From the NCBI RefSeq assembly GCF_037042905.1, contig NC_087245.1, positions 11,782,001 to 11,846,000 on the forward strand: a DNA stretch of 64,000 nucleotides, given 5' to 3'. The stretch comes from Lytechinus pictus. Taxonomy: Eukaryota. The notes under the pieces were generated by a model that was given only the letters and a program-made list of their open reading frames with translations, ran no database searches and had not been told where the DNA came from. This document shows, piece by piece, positions 1-13,320 of the stretch (the stretch's first letter is position 1; each line of letters opens with the position of its first letter). The position numbers were made by a program, and so were the translations under genes.

Positions 1-142
1 ATCTTGTCCCGATGCCGCTATTATGCGGATAATAGCAGCATCAGAATAATGCGGATAACTCTTGTCCTCCTCTGATTTTACGACCAAATTATGCTGCTAT
101 TAGCCGCATAATTGTGTTTTATTGGGTTTATGAAAGGGGTAT
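1..142. mobile_element. Right end of a Harbinger-like MITE (truncated by window edge)
   Basis: Ends GTTTATGAAAGGGGTAT, similar to the terminus of the 24994-25545 MITE. Internal GCGGATAA-type repeats. Confidence 0.45.
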
Positions 143-365
143 AAGTGAAATAAGTACTAAAGTAATGAAGGAGTTGTACGTGTGTGACATCACAGATCTT
201 GGTCGCATTGCCAATGGGAGGATCTACATGGCATTAATGATCTCAATATTCAAATGCTCATAACTTTCTTATTATTCATTCAATCTTCCTCAAACTTTCA
301 ACAATATGTTTTTTGATTTTTCTCTTTGATATGGATTCAGCTGGTTTCAAGGGTTTCATTCTCCT
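143..365. mobile_element. Right half of a Kolobok-type (TTAA) MITE; second fragment at ~4876-5063
   Basis: Both end GGTTTCATTCTCCT|TTAA and share GTCGCATTGCCAAT...CAATATTCAAATGCTCATAACTTTCT. Confidence 0.6.
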
Positions 366-2006
366 TTAAAGTCGAAAGGAAACGTAAGATGGAAAATATA
401 TAAAACGACAGAAGCAATTTTTGTCTCACCTGCATAGCAGAGTGAGACTATAGGCGCCGCTTTTCCGACGGCGGCAGCGTCAACACCAAATCTTAACCGA
501 AGGTTAAGTTATTGAAATGACAGCATAACTTAGAAAGTATATGGACCTAGTTCATGAAACTTGGCCATAAGGTTAATCAAGTATTATTGAACATCCTGCC
601 CGAGTTTTAGGTCACATGACCAAGGTCAAAGGTCATTTATGGTCAACTTAGACCATGTTGGGGGAATCAACTTCAAAATCTTAACCTAAGGTTAAGTTTT
701 TGAAATGTCATCATAACTTAAAAAATGTATGGACCTAGTTCATGAAACTTAAACATGAGGTTAATCTAGTATTACTGAACATTCTGCTTGAGTTTCACAT
801 CACATGACCAAGGTCAAAGGTCATTTAGGGTCAATGAGCTTTGGCCAAATTGGGGGTATCTGTTGAATTACCTTCATAACTTTGAAAGTGTATTGGTCTA
901 GTTCATAAAACTTGGACATAAGAGTAGTCAACTTAGTCAAGTATCACTGAACATCCCATACGAATTTCAGGTCACATGACCAATGTCAAAGGTCAATGAA
1001 CTTTGGCCATGTGGGGGAATCTGTTGAATTACCATCATAACTTTGAAATTTTATTGGTCTAGTTCATGAAACTTGGCCATAAGGGTAATCAAGTATTACT
1101 GAACATCCTACCCAAGTTTCAAGTCACATGACCAAGGTCAAAGGTCATTTAGAGTTTAAATGAACTTTGACCAAGTTGGGGTATTTGTTGTAATGTTGTA
1201 ACCCGCAAGTGAAAACCCGAACCGTACCGTCCCGTATAATCCAATAATTTGCAAGCGGGACCCGCTGACCCGTCGGGTTTTAACCCGCAAGTAAATTTAT
1301 CTTTGAAAAATGAAAATTATTTCTGCAATCCCCACACTATACAGGCTCAAATCACGAAAATATATGCCAACTACTAACCTAGCCTAGAGTGAATTTACTT
1401 ACAATTTGCAAATTCGCCTTTTATTCCGGAGAGAAAATGTTTTTGGGGGTTACTTTGTACCCGAAATGGGTCGGCTCTGATCTCGTAATCGAAAGCATTG
1501 CGCAATTAACTCCTCGGATCGGAGCCGCAGCTCAGCGCGCGCTAGCTACATGTAGCCCAGGCTGCCCAGCAAAGATCGGCAATGTTGTTTTTCAGTCCAG
1601 GACAGTCGACACGGCGACTCACAACAATCATAATTACAATATTCAATTCTATGGGACCTCGTCTATAAAGTAATCAAAATTGAAATAAATACCTTGATAA
1701 TAATACAGTCAATTTTTTCTTCTCGTATATCTCGTTATTATTTCTTTCTGTTTTTGCATTTCATTCGATATGGCCGCTGAAATTCGATGTTCAGTTTCCC
1801 GTCGCCCGCCCGCGTTATGAAATTTGGACCGCGTTTAAAAATCAAATTCTGAAAATAATTCATTATTTTACTATTTTGACATAGATCTAGATTCAGAACT
1901 GATATAAAACATTAATATAAGCTTTTCAGTCACAATTACTTGTATATCATGTAAATACCTGTAATTCTTCTCTTGTTTTTTTCTTGTGAATGGAATGACA
2001 CTGCAT

Positions 2007-2143
2007 GCTCAACCACACCTCGAGCGATGTTCGTGCAGGCTCCACTCAACTTCACTTCTGCTACACTACGCTCTACCTACCCGATGTAGCGGTAGTGAAG
2101 TGGAGTGGAGCCTGCACGAACATCGCTCGAGGTTTGGTCGAGC
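2007..2143. mobile_element. Short palindromic MITE (~59-bp arms, 19-nt loop)
   Basis: GCTCAACCACACCTCGAGCGATGTTCGTGCAGGCTCCACTC... pairs with ...GAGTGGAGCCTGCACGAACATCGCTCGAGGTTTGGTCGAGC, about 5 mismatches. Confidence 0.7.
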
Positions 2144-2994
2144 TACCTCAATAAATCCCATAGTCTAGTAACCTCGCATTGGTGAGTTGTCATACGGCAT
2201 ATCAGACAAAAAAATCATCAAACAAAACTCAATCTGTTTTACAAGGCCGACGGGAGGCTCACGCACGTACGCATTGGCGCTTGTACTAGCTAGCCAGTCT
2301 GAGCTCTGTCTCTCTGCCAGAGCTCTGGGGGACAATTCGCTCTGTAAAGGCCTCAATGATGGTGATTTTATGTTTCAGACAGAGTTTATATTTCGGGAAT
2401 ATTATTCAAAACTGCCAATAAAGTTAGATGATTTCTTCATTGTCATGTATATTTAAGTTATTAATGAGTTCATTCTCACCAAATTTAGACTCCCCCATAG
2501 AGAAATGCAATTTTCGTGGAGATCTGCGTTTTCAAAGAACATCAGGAAAAGTTAGGGTATGTGGGCCTTTATTACATGGCCAAGTACTGGAATTAGATGG
2601 AGTAGAAATTAGATATTGAATTCATTTATATCCAAGTTCAACTCATAGTCACACCCACACAAACACACCCACATCCAAGATTCTAAGCATGAAAAAAAAT
2701 TACTTTAAAAATTTTAAAATCCCTTTTAATGTACAATGTTCCTGTACAATATGTGTATGACCTACACTTTTTCACACAACTTTTTCATTTCCCTCTTTTT
2801 CAAGAGTATTCAACACGTTCTTTTCGTAAGAGAAGTTCAGTTTTCATCATGATGATCATATTGATCTCAATAAACATGCTGATTGTCTTCCTGATCATGA
2901 AATCAGAGACAGATCACCTAATTCGTCCTCATGACGAATTAAAATTCTAGTTTGTTTTCAATTCAAAGTCATCACTGCTGCGATATTGAATCAA

Positions 2995-3187
2995 CCACCA
3001 TTTCACACGGTAAAAAATATTGTAATTTGAATGATGATTCCAGTGAAAATTACGGCTAATGAACAAATATTTAGCACGTGTGAAACCTAACTAGAACATG
3101 ATTAGAATCACAAACGCTAATCACAGTCACGATAACAATAGCAATCATCATTACAGTGATGATTTAAGATTCACATGTAAAGGGCCC
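2995..3187. mobile_element. ~190-bp Harbinger-like MITE inserted in the 3' end of HINE copy A; second copy at 37682-37875
   Basis: The two copies align along their length. TIR-like TTTCACAYG...CATGTRAA. CAA on both flanks here. Confidence 0.65.
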
Positions 3188-3268
3188 CAAGTAAAGTAGG
3201 CGAGACTGCCAGAGGCATTCCACTTGTTTTGTAAAATGTTAATTGCTCTTTTCTCTTCTCTCTTTCAG

Positions 3269-3452
3269 CTCATAGATCAAGAGGGAAAAAATATTGCTGA
3301 CTCTTTCAAGAGCAAGAATTTTACTGCATTCATGTCCTCTGGAGTCCGTGTAGGTGGAGAGAAATACCAGTTCTTAAGAGAAGAAGATAAGAAGATAGTG
3401 TTCGCAAAAAAGAAAGGGTCTGGAGCAGTCACTCTGCAGGCTAGTAAGACAG
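3269..3452 (+). CDS. PFN: Profilin, internal coding exon (phase 0 in, phase 1 out); N-terminal exon is upstream of the window
   Basis: Pyrimidine tract + CAG ending 3268. Encodes LIDQEGKNIADSFKSKNFTAFMSSGVRVGGEKYQFLREEDKKIVFAKKKGSGAVTLQASKT, closely matching echinoid profilins as recalled (KYQFLREED..V.AKKKG.GA.TLQASKT). Donor G|GTATGT at 3453. Confidence 0.93.
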
Positions 3453-3653
3453 GTATGTCCTTGAATTTTGTTTAATGATTGCAGGTTGGCCTGACATTTG
3501 CTGACTTCCAGTTTATTTATTTCCTTTTTTTTCAAATGAAATAACAACAAACATATACTGTAAGTATGAAAAAAATGAATGTCCTACTTAGGAAACACTT
3601 CAATTAAAAGTTACCAGTATATATAATGTCATAGAAAGATAGTCGTTATATAG

Positions 3654-4752
3654 CAGAGCTACCAAGTCTCCCGGATCCTGCGGGAGAATACTGGATTTCG
3701 ATCCAATCTCCCGTTCTCCCGACCCCATGCCAAAATCTCCCGGATAATTGTGATTTTTAGCTGTTAAATTGTAAAATTCATAAAAACGACTGTTTTACGA
3801 GTCTAGCATGTTCAACTCCCTTTACACCCACGTGGAAACTCCTTATCACATTTTCATTTTACCCAGTTACTTTTACCAGTTTTTGTATAATCGTACATTG
3901 ATTTCCTATGTAAATGAAGATAATTTTACCGAACGACTGGTGAATTAGTCTAACAAGAAATTTTTTTTTCTGGTTCTGCAATGTGCGTGAGGGAAACACT
4001 TCAGCGGCACTCCATGCACATGCCCCCGACGCGCCCCGGTGCGGCACTGCCTGGTCTCCGGCAGACTGCGCCGCGGCAGGAGGCTATGCGAGAAGGGAAG
4101 TCCGATGCATTTTTCGGAAGCTTGTCTGCGCTTTATTCGAGCTGAAACTGTGGATCAACGATGGGTTACTATTATGATTACACCCTGACGTTTAGGAATA
4201 ATTTTATTGACAATCCTGAAGAACAGTAGCAAAGTGGAGATTTTTTTGCCTACTTTTACTTGGGTAGATCGGATTCGAACATTTTCTCTTTCGTGAGTGA
4301 GCTAGCCTGGCGCTGGCTGGCTGTGCGTGCTTGCTACAAAAAGGCAATTTTCACAGGAATCCCTCGGCCCTCGGCCCTCTTTACAGGGCCAGGCAAGCTC
4401 ATCTTCCACTACTGCAGCCCTTTCCCCCTCTGGGCAATAAAGGTATTTTCATGTTGAATGCATTCTTTTATGAATCATTTTAATATGTTCTACTGTATTG
4501 CCTGAAGCTTGAACTTATTTTTTAGTCAATGACAATTCATGATATCTCTCTAATGTGCATTTAATCTAGACTATGTGCCAAAAGTTTTGATGTTTTACTT
4601 AAGACAGCTGTCGGATACTATCAAATGTTGTTTCTTAATGAGTTTTGCTACCCAAAACTCCCGTCCGTGGGACATTTCGCCGCGCGCTCCCTCACAAAAT
4701 CATACCTCCGCGAAATCTTCTGGATTCTATCATCCCAATGTTGGCAGCTCTG
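3654..4752. mobile_element. Non-autonomous hAT-like element with 6-bp TSD
   Basis: TIR CAGAGCTACCAA / TTGGCAGCTCTG. ATATAG at 3648-3653 and 4753-4758. Subterminal TCTCCCG repeats. Confidence 0.8.
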
Positions 4753-5789
4753 ATATAGTAAATTGTGGATGCAAAATAGATAATTAATCAAATAACAAAT
4801 TTCAACAAGATTTCAGTTAGTCATGAGGATGAATTAGTCTGGTCTCAGTTTTCTTCAGCAACGTTTTTATGAGGCAGTTTAAGTGAAATATATACTAAAG
4901 TCGCATTGCCAATATGAGGATCTCCATAGCATTAGTGATCGCAATATTCAAATGCTCATAACTTTCTCATTATGTGTCCGAATTTTCTCAAACTTTCGTT
5001 GATCTGTTTCTTTAATTTTCTGTTTTCACACATGCTTTTTTGTTTCAAAGGTTTCATTCTCCTTTAAGTCTATTTCAAATCGAACTTGGGTTGTGCTGTA
5101 CTTAGGAGACCTGCATGTTAGTGTGTTCAGAGGTCACATGGTAAGGTCAAAGGTCAGGGTACATGCAAGACTTATGACAAATGTTATTCCATCCCAGCTA
5201 TTTCACAATGAAATTTTGATACAATTTTGTTGCATGCCCTTGCAAATTGCGATATTTCTGGTCATCAGACCTTAAATTTTGTCATTTTTAGGGCAAGGCC
5301 AGTTTGGCTTTGAAATACCTCGTATTTTTTAGGGCACCAAGGCCACTACAAAGGGCACCAAGGCCAAAATCTTTTTCTAAGTAGGGCATCAAAGGCCATT
5401 TTTTTCGGGATCCTTTTTTTTAGATGTCAAATGTACTTAATCTTGTACAGGGTGCTACATAACTTTTTGTATTTCTAAATAGTTGGAAAATACTTGCCCG
5501 AATATATATTTCACTTGCCCCCCCCCAAAAAAATATTTCAAAACAAGATTTTACTGTTTAAAGGAAAGAAGTGCTGTTCTATGGACATGTACCATTGCCC
5601 CTTTCCTCTCTTAAACATGAACTGATGTACCTTGTATTAATTTTGTAAGATTGTATTTTTTTTCAAAGTGATATTATCTTACCGCCATGACCGAAATTAG
5701 TGTGTTGATATGCCATTTGAATGATATCCTCTCTCATATATTTTCATGTACTTTTGTGACCGTGGCACAAAATAAAAAAGAGAATCACT

Positions 5790-6520
5790 GAAAATAATTA
5801 TAGAAGAAAGAAAGAAATGAAGAAAGAAAGAAAATATAAAAAAAAAAGGAAAAAAAGGATAGAAAAGGAAAGGAATGGAGGGTGAACAAAGGAGTGAAAT
5901 AAAGAATGAAGGAGAGAAAGAAATGAATGGAGAAGAAAGAAAGAAAAAATGAAGGGGAAAATGAAGTAAAGAAAATGAAGGAAAAAAAGAAAACTGAAAA
6001 AGAAAGAAAGTTAGAATAAAAGAAGGATGAAAGAAAGAAAAGTTTCCTTCATTCTTTGAAATAAATAAAGAAAAAAGGACAGAAAAAGAAAGGGATGATG
6101 GATGAATGTTTGAAAGAAAAAAAAAGAGAGAAAGAAAAAAAAAAGAGTTAGAAAAAACGGAGAATGAATGAAGGAAAGAAAAATGTTTCCTTCATTCTTT
6201 GAGAAAAAAGAAAGAAGAAAAACAGGCAGGAAGGAAGGAAGGAAGGAAGGGAATAGCAAAAAGGGAAAAAAGAAAATAAAGAATGAAAGAAAGGAAATAA
6301 TGGAAGGAGAGATAGACCAAAAAGAAAAGGGACAGGAAGCAAAGAGAAATTTAAGGAAAGAAAGAATGAAATAAAAAAAAGAAGTTAAGTAAGAGAAAGA
6401 AAGAAAAACAAAACAATGAGGGACATGTAAATAAGGAAAGAATTAAGAACATAAATGAACACAGAAAGGAAGGAAGGAAAGCTAGGAAATAAAGATAGAT
6501 GGAATGGAAAAGGGAACATA
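5790..6520. repeat. Purine-rich (GAAA/GGAA) low-complexity tract
   Basis: Visible composition; explains the K/E/R-rich and F/L/S-rich spurious ORFs. Confidence 0.9.
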
Positions 6521-6994
6521 TGAAAACGTGATGTACACTTAAGCCATCCCTCTGATTTCCACTCAGATTTTGCTAAAAAACGCGCAAAACCCCGTTGTTT
6601 TCGCACTTCAACTCGTTGTCGTTTTTTTAATATTGGGTCAATATCAAAAAGTGAAGCAGATCTAGAAAATTTAGATTTTCAGCTTTATTGTCTCACCTGC
6701 GTAGCGGAGCGAGACATAGGTATCACTATTTCCGGTGTCGGTGTCGGCGTCGTCGTCAACAATTGTGTTGTACACCCAATAACTTTCTATAGCAGGGATT
6801 CTCAAATGGTGGCGCGCGCGCCACTTGTGGCGCACCGAGCCTTGCGGAGTGGCGCTTGGGAGCAGGTATAAAAAAAAAACGTAAAAATAAGGAAAATTGG
6901 TGAGAAAAAATGTATCTACCAGTAACTTGGAAATAAGGATTTGGTGATCATTTTAATACAAAGAGAAAACAAAAACTCTTTACTTGACACTTAA

Positions 6995-7920
6995 GGACGT
7001 TCCACAGTTATGTTTGTGCGCATTATGATCTGCGCATAATTTACACGCTGCGCGCTGACGTCACAATGGATGAACAGGTGATTAATTAGCTGCGGGTATG
7101 CACTGATTTTTCTCATCTTCTGCACTTTAACTGCAGATCCGATGCGTTATTTTATGAAGCTAAAAAATGGAATTATTCCATGGACCATTCAAAAAAAAAA
7201 TTCTACAATTTCAAAATACATTACTCTGCATTGCTGCCAAAAATCACGAATATTAGCCCGAGTTTGAATAAATGGTAGAGTGGTTTTGATTTTTTCTTCA
7301 CATAGATACAAAGCATTCGGCGCATTTTTGGTGTTTTAAAAAGCACATTTGCTCTAATAAAAATGCTGATAGTTTAAAAACAAGCACATGAACCCCTATT
7401 TTTTAATGTTTGTACCTCTTAGGTATACCTTCCTGTACAACTCTGCAAATTTTGGTGAAAATGACATGGATTTTGAATAAAGTGCAGCATTTATTGTACG
7501 TTTGTAGTTTGTTACTGAAATTTTACATTTTTTAGATTGGGATTTTGTTATCGTTTACGCTTTTCTTAAGAACTGACAGTGCTGTTAAACTTAAAATTGC
7601 AAACAAATAGCACTATAAATAGATTCACCATTCTAACGATACAATTATTAACTCTCTTGCGAAATTTGATGACTTTTTCATGTATTTTGACTGAGTAATA
7701 GAGGTTTAAACTCATTGTAGTAATCTTGGGCGGTCTAAAAATGCCAAATTCTTTTGAATGCGCAAACATCAATTTGGGTGAACTTTGAAGCTCTATAGCA
7801 ACAAATCAAGCACATGGACCTATGTTGATTTTTGCATATTTGGAATATTAAGGTTCTAAAGTATCTATGTGCAAAGTTTGGTGAAAATTACATGGATTTC
7901 ACTTTAACTGTGGAACGTCC
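6995..7920. mobile_element. Kolobok-type non-autonomous element nested in the hAT element
   Basis: Perfect 16-bp TIR GGACGTTCCACAGTTA / TAACTGTGGAACGTCC, flanked by TTAA at 6991-6994 and 7921-7924. RR...YY termini. Confidence 0.85.
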
Positions 7921-8408
7921 TTAATTGCTAATTGATTTCCTCAAATTTTGTCCAATTTAGAACTCGATAACCCCTATTATGGAGGGTCGATGGTGTTCTC
8001 CTTTTTATTTATTCTATGCTGTACAAAGTTAATGTTCCACACAAGTGATTTGAAAACCCCGTTTGTAGGATTTCTCTTTCAAACTAATTTTCCATTTCCA
8101 GAGTATACGTTTTGGTTAAGAGTTAAACATCAAATAATATGATATTCAAAGTACATCCTGATCATAAAAGATTATGAATTTGGGACATAACAAGCAGAAA
8201 CTTTGTTTCCGGAGCCGATTAAAATCCGAAGTTGTAAAAGTGAAATACATGTATGGTCAGATGTATTGCCTGCCGTGATTGCATGCATGCACTCTTGCTT
8301 AACATGAGTTGTAGAGAGAGAGATCTATAGAGAGGGGCAGTTTGGGGCGTTAGTGCAGTGCAACGCCTAATTTTCAGCCCTTGCAAAATCGGGGAACGTA
8401 ACTTCAGC

Positions 8409-8617
8409 CACTGGCGTACAGATGGGGGTGGGGATTGGGGCCCCCCCCCCAAGTGTTTCACGGCCAAGAAAAAAAAGGAGAAAAGGAAAGAAAAGGAACA
8501 TTGTATTATTTTCTTAATATTATGTCAAAATATAGATTTTTGTATTGAAAAGTTCAATATTTTTGCTTCAGCTGCCATATCTTGCCCCCTCATTTTTTTT
8601 TACTCATTACGCCACTT
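8409..8617. mobile_element. G/C-run MITE (hAT-like, 8-bp TSD) nested in the hAT element
   Basis: CACTGGCGTA ... TACGCCACTT; flanks ACTTCAGC / TCTTCAGC. Confidence 0.65.
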
Positions 8618-11268
8618 TCTTCAGCCAATAGGTCTGGTGCAAAACAGTTTGAACTAGTGGTATCATTAATTGGTATGTTGTGAAAAAGTCACTGGTAATT
8701 TTTCTTTTAATATTCATATTGTGTAGTTTGTTGGCATTTGTATTTCTTCTGTTGATATTAATTAGAGCCCCTCTGGGCAATTTAAAAGGCCTCATATTCC
8801 AAAACTTCTGGGGGCTCTGCCCCCTTGACCCCCACCAGGGGCCTCTGGACCCCCTCCGCTGATACATTGCTGGTTTGCGTAATGGATAGTGTGGGGGATA
8901 GTGGAGCATTACAGATTCTCAACAAGAAATGTGGCGCTTCAAAAAAAGTAATTGAGAATGGCTGTTCTATAGCTTCGAGGTGGGATCACCAAATTCATAC
9001 CAGAGGTCCATCTCCTGAAGGCACAGGTCAAGTTCGAATATGAGTCAAATTGGAATAAGGTCAAAGGTCAATGAACTTTCCATGATTGGCACTGTGCTGT
9101 GTTGTACACATAATAACTTTGTACACCCAATAACTTTCTATAGCTTCGAGGTGGGATCACCAAATTCATAACAGAGGTCCATCTCCTGAAGGCACAGGTC
9201 AAGTTCGAATATGAGTTGAATTTGAATAAGGTCAAAGATCAATGAACTTTCCATGACTGGCACTGTGCTGTGTTGTACACATAATAACTTTCTATATCTT
9301 CGAGGTGGGATCACCAAATTCATACCAGAGGTCCATCTCCTGAAGGCACAGGTCAAGTTCGGATATGAGTCGAATTTGAATAAGGTCAAAGGTCAATGAA
9401 CTTTCCATGACTGGCACTGCTGTGTTTTACACACAATAACTTTCTATAGCTTCGAGGTGAGATCGCCAAATTCATAACAGACGTCCATCTCTTGAAGGTA
9501 CAGGTCAAGTTCAAATATGAGTCGAATTTGAATAAGGTCAAAGGTCAATTAACTTTCCATGACTGGCACTGTGCTGTGTTTTACACACAATAACTTTCTA
9601 TAGCTTCGAGGTGAGATCGCCAAATTCATTCAAGAGGGCCATCTCTTGAAGGTGCAGGCCAAGTTCAAATGTGAGCCGAATTTGAATAAGGTCAAAGGTC
9701 AATGAACTTTCCATGACTGGCACTGTGCTGTGCTGTACACACAATAACTTTCTATATCTTCGAGTTAGGATTGCCAAATTCATACAAGAGGTCCATCTTT
9801 TGAAGGTGCAGGTCAAGTTCAAATGTGAGTTGAATTTGATTAAGGTCAAAGGTCAATGAACTTTCCATGACTGGCACTGTGCTTTGTTGTACACATAATA
9901 ACTTGTTATATCTTCGAGGTAGGATTGCCAAATTCAAACAAGAGGTCCATCTCTTGAAGGTGCAGGTCAAGTTCGAATGTGAGTCGAATTTGATTAAGGT
10001 CAAAGGTCAATGAACTTTCCATGACTGGCACTGCTGTGTTGTACACACAATAACTTTCTATAGCTTCGAGGTGGGATCGCCAAACTCGTAACAGAGGTCC
10101 ATCTAAGTCATATAGCATACATGTAGTTTTGACATGCAGTCTCTTCATGACTGCAATATGCAGGCGAGACAACGCTTGGCGTTTGCCTTGTTATCATATT
10201 AATCATATCAAATATGTAGAATTTAAGATACCGTCATTTTAGACTTACATTTTTCAAGTTTCCCCCAATTTTGTGTGAGAGAGGGCTACAAATCAAGGAC
10301 TTCACACATCTTTTGCTCTGATAACTTCGCGCCAAATCAAGCTAAGTAAGAAAGTGAAACATCTGAAAGTTCAGATCAATGTGATTACAATGATATAACA
10401 TCCATTTTGATTAGTTAAAAAAAGTACTGTCATTTTTTAATCCAATCTCTTTGTTCGTTTAAAAATGTTGACATTTTGCCCGGTCAGAGTAAACCCGTAC
10501 CTGTGGTTGCCAAGGACAACCCATGCATAATATGCGTGTGTGTGTAACAGTTGCAGCTCGGTGATCGAACCTTATGCTGCAGCCCGAGCTTTGTCAAATT
10601 TTATTGGTGAGTTGCATTGTTTTTTTCAGAGAAACTAAATTAAATATTTTACCATCTTAACAGAAGTATACCTTACGAATCACACGGAATCATTTTGAAT
10701 AATTCCAAATAGAAATTAAGTTTTATTGAAAAATTTGAAGGCATGCCTAATCGCTCCCTGTGTCAAATTCTACACGAAGACGTTGTGTGTTAGTACTAGG
10801 AACGTTCCATTTTGTCTACGGTAGATAGTAAGTTGTCTTATAAACCGGCGTATGACTATGACTGGGTGTGTATGCACGTTCACATCCAGGGGCTGGGGCC
10901 TCGGGCCGGGTACCGAAGCAGAACGCTGGGTATGGATATGCATACCAACACATGTTTACATAATAAACACACTTCTGGGTCATTCCATGGGGTTGGGGCA
11001 AAAATTGTGACATCAGGGTCAAAAAATAGAAATGTAATAAATGAAAAGTTTTTTTTCTTATGTTTCATGGGACAATTCTTCAACTAAATCCACTTACAGG
11101 CATTTCATACCACCCTGCATATTTGAGTAAATTGCGAAACAAGATTTGACAAAATACCACCATTACACGGACATCATTTATCATCCTTACTTAGACTATA
11201 CTCTCCCATTGTCAAAATAAAAGGGTTGATCTCAATTATTCTTAATAAATATTTTGCTAACAACATTT

Positions 11269-12439
11269 TTGTCTCGCCTGCATAGCAGAGCGAGACTATA
11301 GGCGCCGCTTTTCCGACGGCGGCGTCAACATCAAATCTTAACCTAAGGTTAAGTTTTTGAAATGACATCATAACTTAGAAAGTATATGGACCTAGTTCAT
11401 GAAACTTGGACATAAGGTTAATCAAGTATTACTGAACATCCTGCCTGAGTTTCAGGTCACATGACCAAGGTCAAAGGTCATTTAGGGTCAATGAACTTAG
11501 ACCATGTTGGGAAAATTATTTTCAAAATCTTAACCGAAGGTTAAGTTTTTGAAATGACATCATAATTTAGAAAGTATATGGACCTAGTTCATGAAACTTG
11601 GGCATAAGGTTAATCAAGTTTTAGTGAACATCCTGCTCGAGTTTCAGGTCACATGACCAAGGTCAAAGGTCATTTAGGGTCAATGAACTTTGGCCAAGTT
11701 GGGAGTATTTGTTGAATTACCATCATAACTTTGAAAATTTATGGATTTAGTTCATGAAACTTGGACATTAGGTTAATCAAGTACCACTGAATATCCTGTG
11801 CGAGTTTCAGGTCACATGACCATGGTCAATGGTCATTTAGGGTCATTGAACTTTGGCCGTGTTGGGTGTATATGTTAAATTACCATCCTAACTCTGAAAG
11901 TTTATGGATCTAGTTCATAAAACTTGGACATAAGAGTAATCAAGTATCACTGAACATCCTGTACGAGTTTCAGGTCACATGACCATGGTCAAAGGTCATT
12001 AAAGGTCAATTAACTTTGGCCGTGTTGGGGGTATTTGTTGAATTACCATCCTAACTCTGAAAGTTTATGGATCTAGTTCATAAAACTTGGGATATAAGAG
12101 TAATCAAGCATCACTGAACATCCCCTGTGAGTTTCAGGTCACAAAACCAAGTCAAAGGTCAGTTAAGGTCAATAAACTTAGGCCATGTTGGGGTAATTGT
12201 TGAAGTGCCATCATAACTTTGAAAGAGTATGGATAGAGTGAATGAAATGTGGACATGGGTGTAGTTGACAGTCTTAAGTCTCCGTTCAAATGTCATTTAT
12301 GGTCAATGAACGTGGTATTATGTCATTATATGAATGATGTTTTTGTGAATGATTATTTTATAGTAGTTTTCAAAGTTAGCACTGCTGCTATATTAAATTG
12401 CGTAATGCAGGCGAGACTGCCAGAGGCGTTCCACTTGTT
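11269..12439 (+). mobile_element. HINE family 1, intact copy D
   Basis: GTCTCGCCTGCAT at the 5' end and its inverse ATGCAGGCGAGAC near the 3' end, followed by TGCCAGAGGCGTTCCACTTGTT. About 6 internal repeats with GGTCACATGACCAAGGTCAAAGGTCA or close variants. Confidence 0.88.
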
Positions 12440-12541
12440 AGTCACTTTATTCCACATTTTCCAACATGGCATATATATTTTGAAAGATTTAGTATCAATA
12501 AATGGAACTTGATGCTCTGTGTGTATACCAGTGCCATGTTC

Positions 12542-13320
12542 TGTGTCGTTCTTTTTTCTCACCAGTCAAGAAAATTCAATTTATAATGGCATGTAGAACT
12601 AAATAGTTGACAGAAGTCATGCCTCAACAGAACGGAATATTCTTTTTGGAAAAACTCAACTACTCTTTCTGGCCTAACCTTCTATTTTTGGTGTTACCAC
12701 CGTTACATGGACATCATGTCTCTGTAACAGAGGTATAATTTGAAGCATTGTAAGTTAAGGTCCATTAATGGTCATCACATACCAAATTACACTTTCTGCC
12801 TTAAATTATTTGCACAAGATCAATTGATTATATTAGAAAAAAACATTTTGCATGTCAAATTCTTTGCAAATAAAAGAAATTTAAATTAGAGTTTAAACAA
12901 AGAAAAATGTACAAAATTATTGACAAATTATGTGTCGTTCTTTTTTCTCACCAGTCAAGAAAATTCAATTTATGATGGCATGTAGAACTAAATAGTTGAG
13001 AGAAGTCATGCCTCAACAGAATGGAATATTCTCTTTGGAAAAACTCAACTACTCTCTCTGGCCTAACCTTCTATTTTTGGTGTTACCACCGTTACATGGA
13101 CATCATGTCTCTGTAACAGAGGTATAATTTGAAGCATTGTAAGTTAATATCCATTAATGGTCATTACATACCAAATTACCCTTTCTGCCTTAGAATATTT
13201 GCACAAGTTCAATTGATTATACTAGAAGAAAAACATTTTGCATGTCAAATTCTTTGCAAGTAAAAGCACTTTAAATTAGAGTTTAAACAAGGAAAAATGT
13301 ACAAAATTATTGACATTATA
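12542..13320. repeat. Tandem duplication, 2 x ~389 bp
   Basis: TGTGTCGTTCTTTTTTCTCACCAGTCAAG...ACAAAATTATTGACA occurs twice head-to-tail with few differences. Confidence 0.9.

Larger units (their letters stand above)
421..3228 (+). mobile_element. HINE/DINE-1-like non-autonomous Helentron, family 1, copy A (interrupted at ~1191-2952 and 2995-3187)
   Basis: 5' TTGTCTCACCTGCATAGCAGAGTGAGAC, a (CGG) microsatellite and 120-180-bp tandem repeats. 3' subterminal inverted copy AGGCGAGAC + short stem-loop TGCCAGAGGCA + TTCCACTTGTT. T-rich flanks, no TSD. Confidence 0.75.
6793..8964. mobile_element. Non-autonomous hAT element nested in the family-2 HINE
   Basis: TIR CAGGGATTCTCAA / TTGAGAATGGCTG. 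8-bp TSD TTCTATAG at 6785-6792 and 8965-8972. Removing it restores the HINE repeat. Confidence 0.88.
6688..10192 (+). mobile_element. HINE/DINE-1-like element, family 2, with ~153-bp tandem array (7-8 units, ~8965-10100), interrupted by a hAT element
   Basis: 5' TTGTCTCACCTGCGTAGCGGAGCGAGAC. 3' TGCAGGCGAGACA + hairpin AACGC-TTG-GCGTT + TGCCTTGTT. Repeat unit begins AACTTTCTATAGCTTCGAGGTGGGATCACC. Confidence 0.8.

Noticed and set aside
6011..6606. K/E/R-rich and F/L/S-rich ORFs (also 25491-25783, 29950-30274, 43081-43406)
   Set aside because: Purine/pyrimidine low-complexity artefacts.
8965..10172. Regular repeats resembling a CRISPR array, and repeated 83-aa ORFs
   Set aside because: Head-to-tail ~153-bp monomers with no unique spacers, inside a HINE; eukaryotic context and no cas genes.
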